Positions 1-9,630 are shown, counted from the stretch's first letter. The stretch is 64,000 nucleotides of DNA from Candidatus Nomurabacteria bacterium (GCA_020632215.1 JACKFZ010000002.1:8701-72700); one strand, 5' to 3'. Numbers and translations are program-made. Notes: generated from the sequence alone by a model not told the origin.

Positions 1-934
1 TTCCTCGAAGTCCATATTGATCGATAATACCCTGCTTCATTTCAAAACTCTGATCATTATCGCACCAGATAGTGTGATGTACTCCATCTCTTTCAAAATT
101 AATTACTTCGGCACCCAACTCATTATCAAATTTTCGACTTCTGCTAGATTTTTTTGCTTTTTTGTATGCTTTTTCAGTCAAATTGTAAGTGGTACTATTC
201 GTTCTAACTCCATCTTGCCATTGCCAACAATACGCCGGAATACCCAGAGATAGTTTTTCAGCAGGAGCTTGATCCAGCATATAATTCAAAATTCTTTTTA
301 CATATGGGAGAGAAGCAACTGGGCCAATAGAATTTGGGTCATCATAAGTCATCAGAGAAAGAAAATCAGAATATTTTGCTAACTTTTTATAATCATAAGC
401 ACTACTCCAATCCTGAGTCTTACTATTTGGATCATAATCATCGGAGCGGACAATGACCGCTACACTAAATTCCAGACCTTCTGCTTGCATTCTCTCATAA
501 GTCTTTTTTACAAAATCCACATACATATCTCTATCTAGGTGATTTATATTTTCAAAATCAAATTGCCATCCAGCGTAATCATTTTTCTTAGCTTCTTTAA
601 CCATAAAATCAATGATTTTATCTTGAGCGCTAGGAGTAATCAAAATTGTAGACATCAATACTTTACTAAAATCATCCTGAACTATGAGTGGCACAGTTTT
701 GACTTTTCTCTTTTTTGACTCTTTGATGAGCTTTCTTTCTTTTGGTTTTGAAATATTCAAATCATACCCAACTTCATAAATCTGAGGTGCAACAACATCT
801 ATCTGCTTATAATTCTTTTTAAAATCAGAAAGTCCATAAACATTATTAAAAAAGTAGAAAAGGTTCTCTCCGGCAAAAGCAGAGTGTGGCACAGCAATTG
901 ATATTAGTAAAAATAAAGTAATTAATTTTTTCAT
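1..934 (-). CDS. Secreted GH18-like (chitinase-like/YaaH-like) protein, partial (runs off the window start)
   Basis: Reverse-complementing from the ATG at 934 gives MKKLITLFLLISIAVPHSAFA (signal peptide). The reading frame stays open to position 1. The internal motif DYAGWQFDFENI resembles a degenerate GH18 DGxDxDWE catalytic motif. The gene is absent from the ORF track because it is not closed within the window. Confidence 0.4.
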   Translation of the reverse strand, partial: MKKLITLFLLISIAVPHSAFAGENLFYFFNNVYGLSDFKKNYKQIDVVAPQIYEVGYDLNISKPKERKLIKESKKRKVKTVPLIVQDDFSKVLMSTILITPSAQDKIIDFMVKEAKKNDYAGWQFDFENINHLDRDMYVDFVKKTYERMQAEGLEFSVAVIVRSDDYDPNSKTQDWSSAYDYKKLAKYSDFLSLMTYDDPNSIGPVASLPYVKRILNYMLDQAPAEKLSLGIPAYCWQWQDGVRTNSTTYNLTEKAYKKAKKSSRSRKFDNELGAEVINFERDGVHHTIWCDNDQSFEMKQGIIDQYGLRG

Positions 935-975
935 TCTAGTATTGACCCTATTTTAGCAGATTTCTTAGCAAAAGG

Positions 976-1890
976 TTACAAACTGTGATACAAGACTAAT
1001 AGTCCAAGAAACATCATGGCCACAAAAATCAGCTTTGGCAGAATGACTTTTTTTGATATGTCTTCTTTGATAAGTTTTGGAAAGAATATAGTTAGAATAA
1101 CGCCTATTAAGATAGTAAAGAATGGCTGAACACCATTGAAAATCTGGACCAGTGCTACTGGTGTCAGTATAAAAGCAAAGCTAAAGATCATCAGTGCACT
1201 TATGTTTAATGTTTCATTTAAAATATTGAGAGTAATCATTTGACCAGTGGCAGACTGAAAAACCTTCTTGAGTTCAGTTCTAATCTTTTTACTAAAAATA
1301 ATAATCAGAATTCCTAAAATGCCAGCGCCTATAGATTCCCAAAAGAAATTTACCCAAAAATTTCCTTCTACTAATCCAACAAATCTAAAAATATTAGACT
1401 GAATAGCTAGCGTCAGAGAAGACAAAAGTGTTAATAAAAGGACTTTCTTATTAAAAGTAGCTTTACTACGAAAGTCTAGAGATAATCCAACAGCAGCAAA
1501 CATTACTATGAAAATGGCAATAACCTGGGTATGAGTCAGTATATCTCCTAAGAAAATATAGCCAATAATATATGAAAAGATTGTAATGGTTTGAAAAAAC
1601 GGTGCCACTAAAGAAGCATCATTTTCTTCTAATGCTCTATAGTATGGAATGAAGCCAAGCATCGACAATGCACCAGAGATAAAAAGAATGAGAATGTAAA
1701 TTAAATCGATATTAAAATCTAAATGAAAGAAAAAGAAAAATGGCAGAATAACTAAACTAGCCAGAGATGAAATTACCACCAAGAGCATTACTCCCTTTTC
1801 CTTAAAAAATCGAGATAACAAATATTTATCAAGGTAAACACTAATGGACCATAGCAGTGGAGGTAATAAAAGAAGTAGAAACCAAGACAT
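976..1890 (-). CDS. Polytopic membrane protein, DMT/EamA-like transporter
   Basis: 304 aa and about 10 predicted hydrophobic helices. The size and hydropathy pattern fit a drug/metabolite transporter. No diagnostic motif was recognised. Confidence 0.35.
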   Translation of the reverse strand: MSWFLLLLLPPLLWSISVYLDKYLLSRFFKEKGVMLLVVISSLASLVILPFFFFFHLDFNIDLIYILILFISGALSMLGFIPYYRALEENDASLVAPFFQTITIFSYIIGYIFLGDILTHTQVIAIFIVMFAAVGLSLDFRSKATFNKKVLLLTLLSSLTLAIQSNIFRFVGLVEGNFWVNFFWESIGAGILGILIIIFSKKIRTELKKVFQSATGQMITLNILNETLNISALMIFSFAFILTPVALVQIFNGVQPFFTILIGVILTIFFPKLIKEDISKKVILPKLIFVAMMFLGLLVLYHSL

Positions 1891-1909
1891 AGATAAATTT
1901 TATCAGAAA

Positions 1910-3019
1910 TTAATGATGGTGGTGATTATGACCTTCTACCTCCTTTAGTTTGTCTGAGAACCAGACTGCCAAAAAAGTAGTAACAGGCACAGTAAGTATT
2001 AACCCTATGCTACCAACGATAGTTCTAGCAATCTCTGTTGAAAAAATCTCATTATTAATAATAGTTCCAAAAGATGCCTCGCTTTGCGAGAACCAAAGAA
2101 GCAATGGTAAAGATACTCCAGCATATGCCAAAACTATAGTATTTACTAAAGCACTTACGTGCTCCCTTCCTACACGTATAGCTTTTTCATATAAAACTTT
2201 CTTAGAAATTTTTTCAGAAGCAGACTTAATTTCATGAACTACGGCTACTTGTGTAATAGCGATATCATCCAAAACTCCAAGTACACCGATGATTATTCCG
2301 CCCAAGAGTAACCCTTGAAAATCCAACATCCCGCCAGTACTAAAATTCAAATATGTTGTCTCGTCAGAAAAAAATCCAGACAGACTCAATATTTTTATCG
2401 ATAGATTGGCCAATATTCCAGTAATCAAAATTGTTAGCACCGTACCACCATATGCAATAACAGAACTCATTTTAAATCCATGAGTAAAGAAAATTGCAAC
2501 AAACAAAATCAAAGAACCAATCAAAATACTAGTCACTATCGGGTTATAGCCCTTGATCAGAAGTGGTAATAAAACGTATACAATAACCAAAAAACTTCCC
2601 ACCAAACTAATCAAAGATCTGAATCCTTGCCACTTACCAAAAATCAAAACCACTGAAGCAAACAGTATGGCCAGAAAAGCAATAGCTACTCTCCTGTCTA
2701 CATCTCTTACTGAATATAATTCTTGTCCGGAAATAGTTTTTAAATAATTTAGAAAAAACTTTTGACCTTCTTTCAAGATAATGTAATCATTTTCAAATTC
2801 GACTACCTCATCTTTCTTTTCACCTTCAAGAATCTGAACTTTTATATACTGCACTTCAGTTTTAGTATTGGTGCCAGGAATAATTTTCTCTTCTTGATTT
2901 GAAACTTCAATAACTTTAGCTTTCCACAAACCCTGTAACTCTTGCTGGATCTCCTGTCCTTCAGAGACAAAAGGAAGGAATATAAAAATAAAAATTATTA
3001 TAGCCAATATTTTTTTCAT
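1910..3019 (-). CDS. YibE/F-like membrane protein with natural poly-His C-terminus
   Basis: Signal peptide, then a soluble domain of about 100 aa, then multiple TM helices. C-terminal HNHHHH. The architecture is typical of the YibE/F family. It sits next to the ZIP and CorA transporter genes. Confidence 0.45.
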   Translation of the reverse strand: MKKILAIIIFIFIFLPFVSEGQEIQQELQGLWKAKVIEVSNQEEKIIPGTNTKTEVQYIKVQILEGEKKDEVVEFENDYIILKEGQKFFLNYLKTISGQELYSVRDVDRRVAIAFLAILFASVVLIFGKWQGFRSLISLVGSFLVIVYVLLPLLIKGYNPIVTSILIGSLILFVAIFFTHGFKMSSVIAYGGTVLTILITGILANLSIKILSLSGFFSDETTYLNFSTGGMLDFQGLLLGGIIIGVLGVLDDIAITQVAVVHEIKSASEKISKKVLYEKAIRVGREHVSALVNTIVLAYAGVSLPLLLWFSQSEASFGTIINNEIFSTEIARTIVGSIGLILTVPVTTFLAVWFSDKLKEVEGHNHHHH

Positions 3020-3031
3020 GTGGCTATTATA

Positions 3032-3937
3032 CTAGATTAACTCTGGCATTTCCCCATCCTCTATATATTCATCGTGATATTCAGGAATATTCAATTCTTC
3101 GTCTCTATGTTCATCTGCATGACCATGAGGATCAAGTCCTTCTTTTTCCAAAAAATATCCAGTAACAGACTCTGTGACCAATATCAATAATGCTCCGACA
3201 AAAACCCAGATAAAATATTGCAAATACTTTTTGTTCTGATGTGAATGTCTAAAAGATTCTGGAATCAAGTCTGTTGTCAAAATGTATATAAAAACTCCAG
3301 CAGAAAAACCGATAAGTGGTCCAACCAATTCTTCAAATGATGAAATGTAGTACCCTCCTATTGCACCTATCAAAATAGTTGAGGCACTAATAAAATTTCT
3401 AGTTAACGCTTCTTTTGTAGAATATCCCGCTGATTTTAAAATAAAATATTCTGCAATCTCTTGTACAAACTCATGAGCGATCACACCTATTGTCGCCAAA
3501 AAACCAAGACGTATATCTACTACAAAAACAGTAGCCAGCAAAACCCCGTCTCCCGCATTATGAAAAGAATCTCCCAACATTACCCTATTGGCACTTTTCT
3601 TTGTATTCTCAACGAGACAATGTGTATCGTCATGATGACAGTGAGTTTCGGGAAACAGTTTTTCAATAAAATAGAAAATAAGAAATCCGAATATAATTGC
3701 AAAAGTTGTAGCCTTTGTGTCATGTGCAAATTCCAAAGCTTCATTCACAAGATTGTATGCAATCACCAAAAACACACCTGATGCAAAAGCAATCAAATAC
3801 TTCATATTTCTCTCTGTCCAATCTTTCAAAAATCTAGAAGAAAAAAACACTCCAGACAGAGAGACCAACATAACTACAAAAGATGTCGCCAAAATTGATA
3901 TTAAAGTGATGCTCATTAGTTTCTCAATATAAACCAA
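3032..3937 (-). CDS. ZIP-family divalent metal (Zn/Fe) transporter
   Basis: His-rich loops (HCHHDDTHC, DPHGHADEHRDEE). The TM motif GVIAHEFVQEIAEY matches the ZIP HExPEG signature helix. About 8 TM segments. Confidence 0.6.
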   Translation of the reverse strand: MVYIEKLMSITLISILATSFVVMLVSLSGVFFSSRFLKDWTERNMKYLIAFASGVFLVIAYNLVNEALEFAHDTKATTFAIIFGFLIFYFIEKLFPETHCHHDDTHCLVENTKKSANRVMLGDSFHNAGDGVLLATVFVVDIRLGFLATIGVIAHEFVQEIAEYFILKSAGYSTKEALTRNFISASTILIGAIGGYYISSFEELVGPLIGFSAGVFIYILTTDLIPESFRHSHQNKKYLQYFIWVFVGALLILVTESVTGYFLEKEGLDPHGHADEHRDEELNIPEYHDEYIEDGEMPELI

Positions 3938-3959
3938 CTACAGTTTTAGTCAATCTATA

Positions 3960-4886
3960 TCAAAACCACTTATTTCTCTTAAAAACTGCAAACATAGCCC
4001 CCGACACTACAACTGTAATAAACAACACTATCCAAAATCCATATTGATTATGCATAAAAGGAATAGGCACATTCATACCAAACAAACTAGAAATGATAGT
4101 TGGCACAGTCAAGATAATAGTTAGAGCAGTTAACAAACGAATCACTCTGTTCAAGTTGTTGGTCAAAATAGTTGAATAGGCATCACGAATATTTGTAATA
4201 TTTTTTAAGTTACTCTTACAAGTCTCGATCAACTGACTATTGAAAAGCTCATTGTCCTCAATTAAATCTTTGTCTGATTCATAAAGAGATATATATTTTC
4301 CACTAAGCAAAGAGTCCAAAGAAACATTGGTTGGCACTAAAGCTGATAAAAAATCATTCAGAGTAGACTCGAACTGAACAAAGCTGACTATTTCTCTGTT
4401 AGAAATAGTGCGAAAATCAACTGTCGCTTTTCTCACTCCCCTATTTATATTCTGCACAAATCTATTGTACGTATTATGAATCTCAGACATTATTAAGAAA
4501 AAAAGTTTTGTTTTCTGGGTAGTAGCATAGTTGACCTGACCTGACATAAACTTTTCAATAATAGTTGGAGACTCCTTTTGAAATAGAGTAAAAATGAATT
4601 TATCTCCAATGGCCATCAAAATGGGTCTGGTTGTCACTTGCCCGCTATCATCTGAATAAGGCATTCTAGTAAATATATAAGTAATTTTATTTTCTTTCTC
4701 AATTCTAGGAACCTCATTGGGGTCCATGGCATCACGCAAAAGATCTGCTTCAAGCTTCAATTCTTCAGATATTTTCTCTAGTTCATTAACAGAAGGATTT
4801 TCAGCAATAATCCAAGAACCGGTTTTAAGTTCTTCTAGTTCTGTTGGAACTTTTTCTTTGATTGTTTTGTGGAGAATTTTTAACAT
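3960..4886 (-). CDS. corA: CorA-family Mg2+/Co2+ transporter
   Basis: 308 aa. The C-terminus carries two TM helices and the GMN motif (FGMNVPIPF) followed by a basic tail, as is typical for CorA. Confidence 0.75.
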   Translation of the reverse strand: MLKILHKTIKEKVPTELEELKTGSWIIAENPSVNELEKISEELKLEADLLRDAMDPNEVPRIEKENKITYIFTRMPYSDDSGQVTTRPILMAIGDKFIFTLFQKESPTIIEKFMSGQVNYATTQKTKLFFLIMSEIHNTYNRFVQNINRGVRKATVDFRTISNREIVSFVQFESTLNDFLSALVPTNVSLDSLLSGKYISLYESDKDLIEDNELFNSQLIETCKSNLKNITNIRDAYSTILTNNLNRVIRLLTALTIILTVPTIISSLFGMNVPIPFMHNQYGFWIVLFITVVVSGAMFAVFKRNKWF

Positions 4887-4926
4887 TAAAAAAATTATAA
4901 ATCAAAAAATATGAATTACAAAATTT

Positions 4927-5376
4927 TTATTTCTCTTCAAAAATATGTTCTGAGTAATTTTTGTTTTCCAAAGAATTTAAAATGCCATTTTTGACATACT
5001 CAATCGTATTTTCGGGCATATCATCTATTGAAAACCAGCCAAGATCACTACACTTATCTGGTTCCATAATTTTCGGCTCCCCTTCCCATTTTTCGATTAC
5101 AAAAAATAAATTGACATAATCATTACCATCTTTAACCATATGATAATTAAAACTACTAAACTTTATATTTTCTTTCGTAAAATCAACATCTATCTCCTCT
5201 TTTATTTCTCTCACCAAGGATTCTGTTGGCATTTCATTTTCTTCAACATGTCCAGAAGGAATACCGTACATTCCATCACAAAAACCACTATTTTCTCTCC
5301 TCTGTAATAAAACCTTTCCCTCTTTTATAAAAACAGCATAAACAGCTATACAAACTTTGTGTCTAATTTTTGTCAT
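4927..5376 (-). CDS. NUDIX hydrolase
   Basis: Nudix box GHVEENEMPTESLVREIKEEIDV (Gx5Ex7REUxEExGU). The start at MTKIRHK (5376) is chosen because the longer ORF starting at 5550 would overlap the upstream gene by 167 nt. Confidence 0.65.
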   Translation of the reverse strand: MTKIRHKVCIAVYAVFIKEGKVLLQRRENSGFCDGMYGIPSGHVEENEMPTESLVREIKEEIDVDFTKENIKFSSFNYHMVKDGNDYVNLFFVIEKWEGEPKIMEPDKCSDLGWFSIDDMPENTIEYVKNGILNSLENKNYSEHIFEEK

Positions 5377-5383
5377 AGATTGA

Positions 5384-5896
5384 TTATAAATTTCTAGAAT
5401 CGTATGCCCAATGCAAAATTGCTTGTCTTTGTCTTGGTCTACAATGAAAATCTTTTGCTCTACAATTTCTCGTAACCTGTGATATATGTCTTTTGATAGC
5501 TTTCCATCTCTTGATTTGTCTTTGATCTTCTTTTGGCAACCTACGCCCATAATAATATCTAAAATACCATTGCACCCAGCCTCTCGGATCTTCTTTGTAT
5601 ATCCAACCTTTTTGTTGCCAAACTTTCAAGGGTTGCGAAGCTTTTATTTTAAAATGATTCAAATCATTTTCGTGTTTACCACTTTTAGAAATCTTAGCTT
5701 TTTTGAACCATTCTTTTGGAAATTCTTTTTCTCCTCCGTCTAAAAAATATACTCCTCCAAAAATCCCGAGTTCTAACATTTGTTTTGGAGTTAATTCAGG
5801 TTTAAATTCTTTATCAAATTTCTTACCAGTCGGCTCTACTAATTCATATTTATAGCTTCTCTGAAACTTATCTGAAACTTTAATAACTTTTCCCAT
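5384..5896 (-). CDS. Conserved hypothetical protein (W/Y-rich motif GWVQWYFRYYYGRR)
   Basis: 170-aa ORF. No family was recognised. It lies 8 nt upstream of the NUDIX gene and was probably co-transcribed with it. Confidence 0.4.
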   Translation of the reverse strand: MGKVIKVSDKFQRSYKYELVEPTGKKFDKEFKPELTPKQMLELGIFGGVYFLDGGEKEFPKEWFKKAKISKSGKHENDLNHFKIKASQPLKVWQQKGWIYKEDPRGWVQWYFRYYYGRRLPKEDQRQIKRWKAIKRHISQVTRNCRAKDFHCRPRQRQAILHWAYDSRNL

Positions 5897-5898
5897 AA

Positions 5899-6879
5899 TT
5901 ATTTACAGACTATTCTAAGTTCTGCTAAATCATCGACACTTGGTTCTAGATTCAGGACATCTTGTTTATCCAACAAGTAATACATTATTGACTCTTCATT
6001 ACTGACATGATCCAAACCAAGGGCATGTGCCAACTCGTGAGCTAAAGTCAAACGCAAATCAGGAATACTATAATACTGATAAACATTGACGGCATAAGTA
6101 TCAAAATCACCACTATTTATCACTTCAGATTCACCAAAGTTGCTATTGTGAATATCAGTTTGACGACTTAGCTCTTTTTGTAATATCTCTATTTTATCTG
6201 CCAATGCGTTTATACTATCAGCATTATTATTTATTTTATCCTGCTCTTTTTCCAATCCTTGAAAAACTACTTTTATAAAATGTTCATCATCTTTCAACTC
6301 TTGATATTCTTTTTGGCTACCTCCATTCTTATTCCAATCGTCTACTGACTTATTAAATTTGTCTAACAACGATTCGTATTCTGCAACATCTGATTCGTAA
6401 GTGGCCAAAGAATGATTATGCTCTGATGATAATACTTCATATTGATCAACCAGTTTTTCAAACTGAGCCCACTTATTATCTAAACTATTCTCTGACTGTT
6501 TGGCTGCAAGAATATCCGCCTGTCTTTCGTCAAAAATAAAATTAACTCTGACTGCATCAGGATCACTTGGACTATATTGAAAAAGATCTTGGCCACTGGT
6601 ATTTTCCCAAATACTTTCGGCTTCTTTCAACAAATTAACGATTTGTGACTCACTCAATCCAAATCGCCCATCTATCTCTCCCAAAGTATAAGCCAAAGGT
6701 TCATCACAAGATCTATTTGGGTAAACATCTGATAACTTATTTTTTATGCCAGAAATTTCGCCCGTTAACTTATCTGTGATTGTCTGAATTTGATCTTTTA
6801 CTTTTTGATCATTAGAAATAATAAAAAAAGTCCCAAATACTAATATAAAGAGAGCAATCCAGCGAACTAATGGTGACAT
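5899..6879 (-). CDS. Membrane-anchored metzincin-type zinc metalloprotease with coiled-coil region
   Basis: N-terminal TM/signal anchor. A long charged coiled-coil-like middle region. The C-terminal HELAHALGLDH matches the HExxHxxGxxH metzincin motif. Confidence 0.6.
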   Translation of the reverse strand: MSPLVRWIALFILVFGTFFIISNDQKVKDQIQTITDKLTGEISGIKNKLSDVYPNRSCDEPLAYTLGEIDGRFGLSESQIVNLLKEAESIWENTSGQDLFQYSPSDPDAVRVNFIFDERQADILAAKQSENSLDNKWAQFEKLVDQYEVLSSEHNHSLATYESDVAEYESLLDKFNKSVDDWNKNGGSQKEYQELKDDEHFIKVVFQGLEKEQDKINNNADSINALADKIEILQKELSRQTDIHNSNFGESEVINSGDFDTYAVNVYQYYSIPDLRLTLAHELAHALGLDHVSNEESIMYYLLDKQDVLNLEPSVDDLAELRIVCK

Positions 6880-7004
6880 GGCAATAGTTTACAATTTAAA
6901 ATTTAAAATTAAAAGTTAAAAATTGAATCGTATGATAACCTGTGGAAATCCTTGTTAAAAACTGTGGATAAAATTGATATACCTGTGGATTTGTTGTAGA
7001 ATCA

Positions 7005-7300
7005 AAAGTGGAGGCACACAATTTTCATAAAAAAACCCAAACACTAGAAAGAAGGAAGAGGTGGAAACTAACCAAAAACCGCCAAAAGTTTTGAGTCCTC
7101 AGACCGCCGAAAGCGTTCGATGGCTCAGACGACGTCACGACCCAGCTTGGCTTGCCATGCTTCGTGGAATCACCAATCGCACCACTGTCTGCAGCGGTAA
7201 TTGATTGGCCAGAAGGAAAAAGACCTGCGTGACGATATATGCAATCAACCAACCTCAGCATATCGTCCAACACAGGTCTTTCCTCTATCAAAATTTTTTT
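7005..7300. ncRNA. GC-rich structured non-coding island; candidate ncRNA of unresolved identity
   Basis: This roughly 300-nt segment has clearly higher GC than the flanking AT-rich DNA and has no credible ORF (the 88-aa minus ORF translates as junk). It contains a long imperfect hairpin (about 7190..7290) and several shorter stems. I could not match RNase P, tmRNA or SRP consensus sequences by eye. Confidence 0.2.
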
Positions 7301-7329
7301 ATTACGCCATAGCCTTGGCGAAGGGAAAT

Positions 7330-7905
7330 TTATTCCACCTTATCAAAAGTAAAAGTCTTCACACTATCTAGTGCAATACCATAACCTCTGACAATATCTC
7401 CCGCACTATTATAGTTAACATCTTTCCAATCAAGACCAACTTTCTCTGCTGCTTTTTTCAAGTCTTCCTCATCATCCCCTTCTATTTCTACATAAGTGGG
7501 TACTTGAGGCCAAGTATCTATATCAAAAGTAACATTATCTAAAACAAAAGTATGTCTATACTTCTCTTGTTGTCGTCGCAGAACTAACCCAATATTTTCT
7601 AAGATTAACTTAGCTTTATCAAAATCATCTATATGAATAGTAATATCCAAACCACCAAACATCTTTTTAAGATCAGAACCTAAAGGTTGCATCTTTTTGT
7701 AAGTCATCTCTGTCTTATCACCATTCTTGCGGAGACGTATAAACTCAGTCAGTTTTGTGTTATCTACATCAGATCTTTCAACCAGAAACTCTTGTAACTT
7801 GTTCTCTCCCCTATCTTCTGCTCCCAACTCTTGAAGTTTTTTGATCAAAGCTTCTTTATCTATTTCTAAGAATCTGACTTCAATTTCCTTGTGTTCATCT
7901 TTCAT
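7330..7905 (-). CDS. CYTH-domain protein (class IV adenylyl cyclase / triphosphate tunnel metalloenzyme family)
   Basis: N-terminal EIEVRFLEID resembles the CYTH EIExKF signature. The size of about 190 aa and the overall acidic composition fit the family. Confidence 0.45.
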   Translation of the reverse strand: MKDEHKEIEVRFLEIDKEALIKKLQELGAEDRGENKLQEFLVERSDVDNTKLTEFIRLRKNGDKTEMTYKKMQPLGSDLKKMFGGLDITIHIDDFDKAKLILENIGLVLRRQQEKYRHTFVLDNVTFDIDTWPQVPTYVEIEGDDEEDLKKAAEKVGLDWKDVNYNSAGDIVRGYGIALDSVKTFTFDKVE

Positions 7906-7958
7906 AAGAAAGATTCTAGCATATATATAATTAATAGTTGATAATTGATAATTAATAG

Positions 7959-8333
7959 TTATCGACCTAAATCTTTCGAAATAGTAGAAATAGATGCGCC
8001 AAGAATTTTTGCAATTTCAATTAACTCCTCTTCTAAATACTTGATCTGTTTTCCGTCTACTGTGCTAACCAAACCTACTATCTGCAACCAATAAATAGTC
8101 TCATTTGCAGATTTTAGAGCGTATCGCAAAAAATTAACAAAATCTCTCTTACTAGATCCTCCCTGACCTTCTGTTATGTTAGCACCTACTGACAGAACAC
8201 TTCTTATAATCTGGTTAGATATTACATAGTTCACATTGTCCTTGGGCAATCTTCTTATGTAAGTAATGACCTCGACAGCAACTTTTTTAGAACGAATAAT
8301 GAGTTTCTCACTAAAATCATTGGACACTGCCAA
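7959..8333 (-). CDS. Four-helix-bundle protein (TIGR02436 family; 23S-rRNA-IVS / Avd-like)
   Basis: GANITEGQGGSSKRDFVNFLRYALKSANETIYWL closely matches the family consensus (GANIAEG...S.k.F..FL.iA.GS..E...WL). Confidence 0.7.
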   Translation of the reverse strand: MAVSNDFSEKLIIRSKKVAVEVITYIRRLPKDNVNYVISNQIIRSVLSVGANITEGQGGSSKRDFVNFLRYALKSANETIYWLQIVGLVSTVDGKQIKYLEEELIEIAKILGASISTISKDLGR

Positions 8334-8409
8334 ATTATATATTTTCTAACATTAAGAAATAATAAAATTTTATTAAAGTAATCATTAACTATGAATTACT
8401 AATTATTAA

Positions 8410-9630
8410 CTAAATCACAAACTGCCCATTCTTGTATATCACCTTTTCTCTTCCATTTTTCAAAGTAGCAGTCACTACTCTATCTGATGTCGAAATAATA
8501 TCTGTATGAACAGCATCACATTTGTTAAAGCCAAGTTTCTTCCAACCACTTTCAGAAACTTTTTTAATGTCTCCATCATAACTATCTCTATATGAGTTGC
8601 CCAAAGCTATGTGAGTGTTGCCATATTTCCCTCCGAAGTTTTCATCGTACAAAGTGTTAGCCATAAACTTATTTATTCTAGAAAATCTTTTATCAGTTAG
8701 AGAAAATTCACCTACTTTGTCTGCATTTTCTACAGCGATCATTTCTCTCAATGTTTTCTGATTTTTCGAAGCCGTAGCTTTGACCACTTTTCCATTTTCA
8801 AAAAAGAGTTCAATATCTTTTATTAATTGACCACTATAATACAATGGCTCATTAAATTTAATTCTTCCATTAGTTCCTCTCCAATCTGGAGAACAAAATA
8901 TTTCAAAACTTGGAATATTGTATCCTCTGCCTCCAAGAAATCTCCTTCTCTCTCCAAGTTTAATATTTAAATCAACATCTTTTCCTAATATATGAAAAGT
9001 CTCTATATCAAGCTTGTTTAATTTTTTAATATAAGTTTGAATATCTTTCTCTAACTGTTGCCATTTTTTTACAGGATTCTCTGTATCCAGATAACAAGCT
9101 TTTTCTATTTGCTTCCAAAAATTCTGGTAGCTCATACCCGCTTCTTTTGCCATACCTTTTGTCCCATATAGACATAATGTCCAAGTTAATTTGCCAGCTT
9201 CTTCTTTTTTCCGTCTCATCTCCATATATGGAGCCATCGATTTGCGAACGATACCAATTTTTTTAGATTCGACACCTTCAAGAATGTGCAGATCTTCATC
9301 ACTAATAATATACAAGGTATGATCTACTGTTGCCAAAAGACCTTTGTAATATTCTTTTGGAAAAAAGTTTAGTTGGTCAATATTCCCATGTTTTAATAAA
9401 AATAAATTAGCGGGACCTGAATCTTCATTTGGAATGTATCTGGAAATGACATGCCCTCCTGCTTTCCAAATCTTTTCTCTAACAGCAAAAAATAAAGGCT
9501 TGGCTGTCTCATGCGCCGTTAATAAAACAGTATCTCCTTTTCTAATTCCTTTTCCTCCATTCAATGCGTAGTGAACCATGACGTCTGCATATCGATCTAT
9601 GGTTTTCTGGCTTGGTTTATATTCGCTCAT
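8410..9630 (-). CDS. Aminopeptidase, M29 (AmpS/PepS)-like
   Basis: 406 aa. The N-terminal region resembles thermophilic aminopeptidase family members. The assignment rests on overall similarity only. Confidence 0.45.
   Translation of the reverse strand: MSEYKPSQKTIDRYADVMVHYALNGGKGIRKGDTVLLTAHETAKPLFFAVREKIWKAGGHVISRYIPNEDSGPANLFLLKHGNIDQLNFFPKEYYKGLLATVDHTLYIISDEDLHILEGVESKKIGIVRKSMAPYMEMRRKKEEAGKLTWTLCLYGTKGMAKEAGMSYQNFWKQIEKACYLDTENPVKKWQQLEKDIQTYIKKLNKLDIETFHILGKDVDLNIKLGERRRFLGGRGYNIPSFEIFCSPDWRGTNGRIKFNEPLYYSGQLIKDIELFFENGKVVKATASKNQKTLREMIAVENADKVGEFSLTDKRFSRINKFMANTLYDENFGGKYGNTHIALGNSYRDSYDGDIKKVSESGWKKLGFNKCDAVHTDIISTSDRVVTATLKNGREKVIYKNGQFVI

Noticed and set aside
17-253. 78-aa plus-strand ORF at the window start
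   Set aside because: It is antisense to a long open minus-strand frame with a clear signal peptide and a GH18-like motif that runs off the window edge. The minus-strand gene is preferred.
4927-5550. Long 207-aa form of the NUDIX ORF overlapping the upstream gene by 167 nt
   Set aside because: An internal ATG at 5376 gives a 150-aa Nudix of typical size with an 8-nt intergenic gap. The N-terminal extension is low-complexity and reads through the 3' end of the neighbouring gene.
7025-7291. 88-aa minus-strand ORF in the GC-rich island
   Set aside because: Its composition is atypical (R/G/W-rich) and it lies entirely within a region better explained as structured RNA. No RBS.
6990-7320. tmRNA or RNase P RNA identity for the GC-rich island
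   Set aside because: No tRNA-like T-arm with a CCA acceptor end, and no tag-ORF ending in a stop, on either strand. The GGAAAGACC stretch pairs locally with CAGGTCTTT in a simple hairpin rather than forming a P4 helix. Identity is left open pending a covariance-model search.
7959-8333. Diversity-generating retroelement centred on the Avd-like four-helix-bundle protein
   Set aside because: No reverse transcriptase and no adenine-mutagenised template/variable repeat pair in the window. The PKD-repeat protein's internal repeats are exact duplications, not TR/VR-like.
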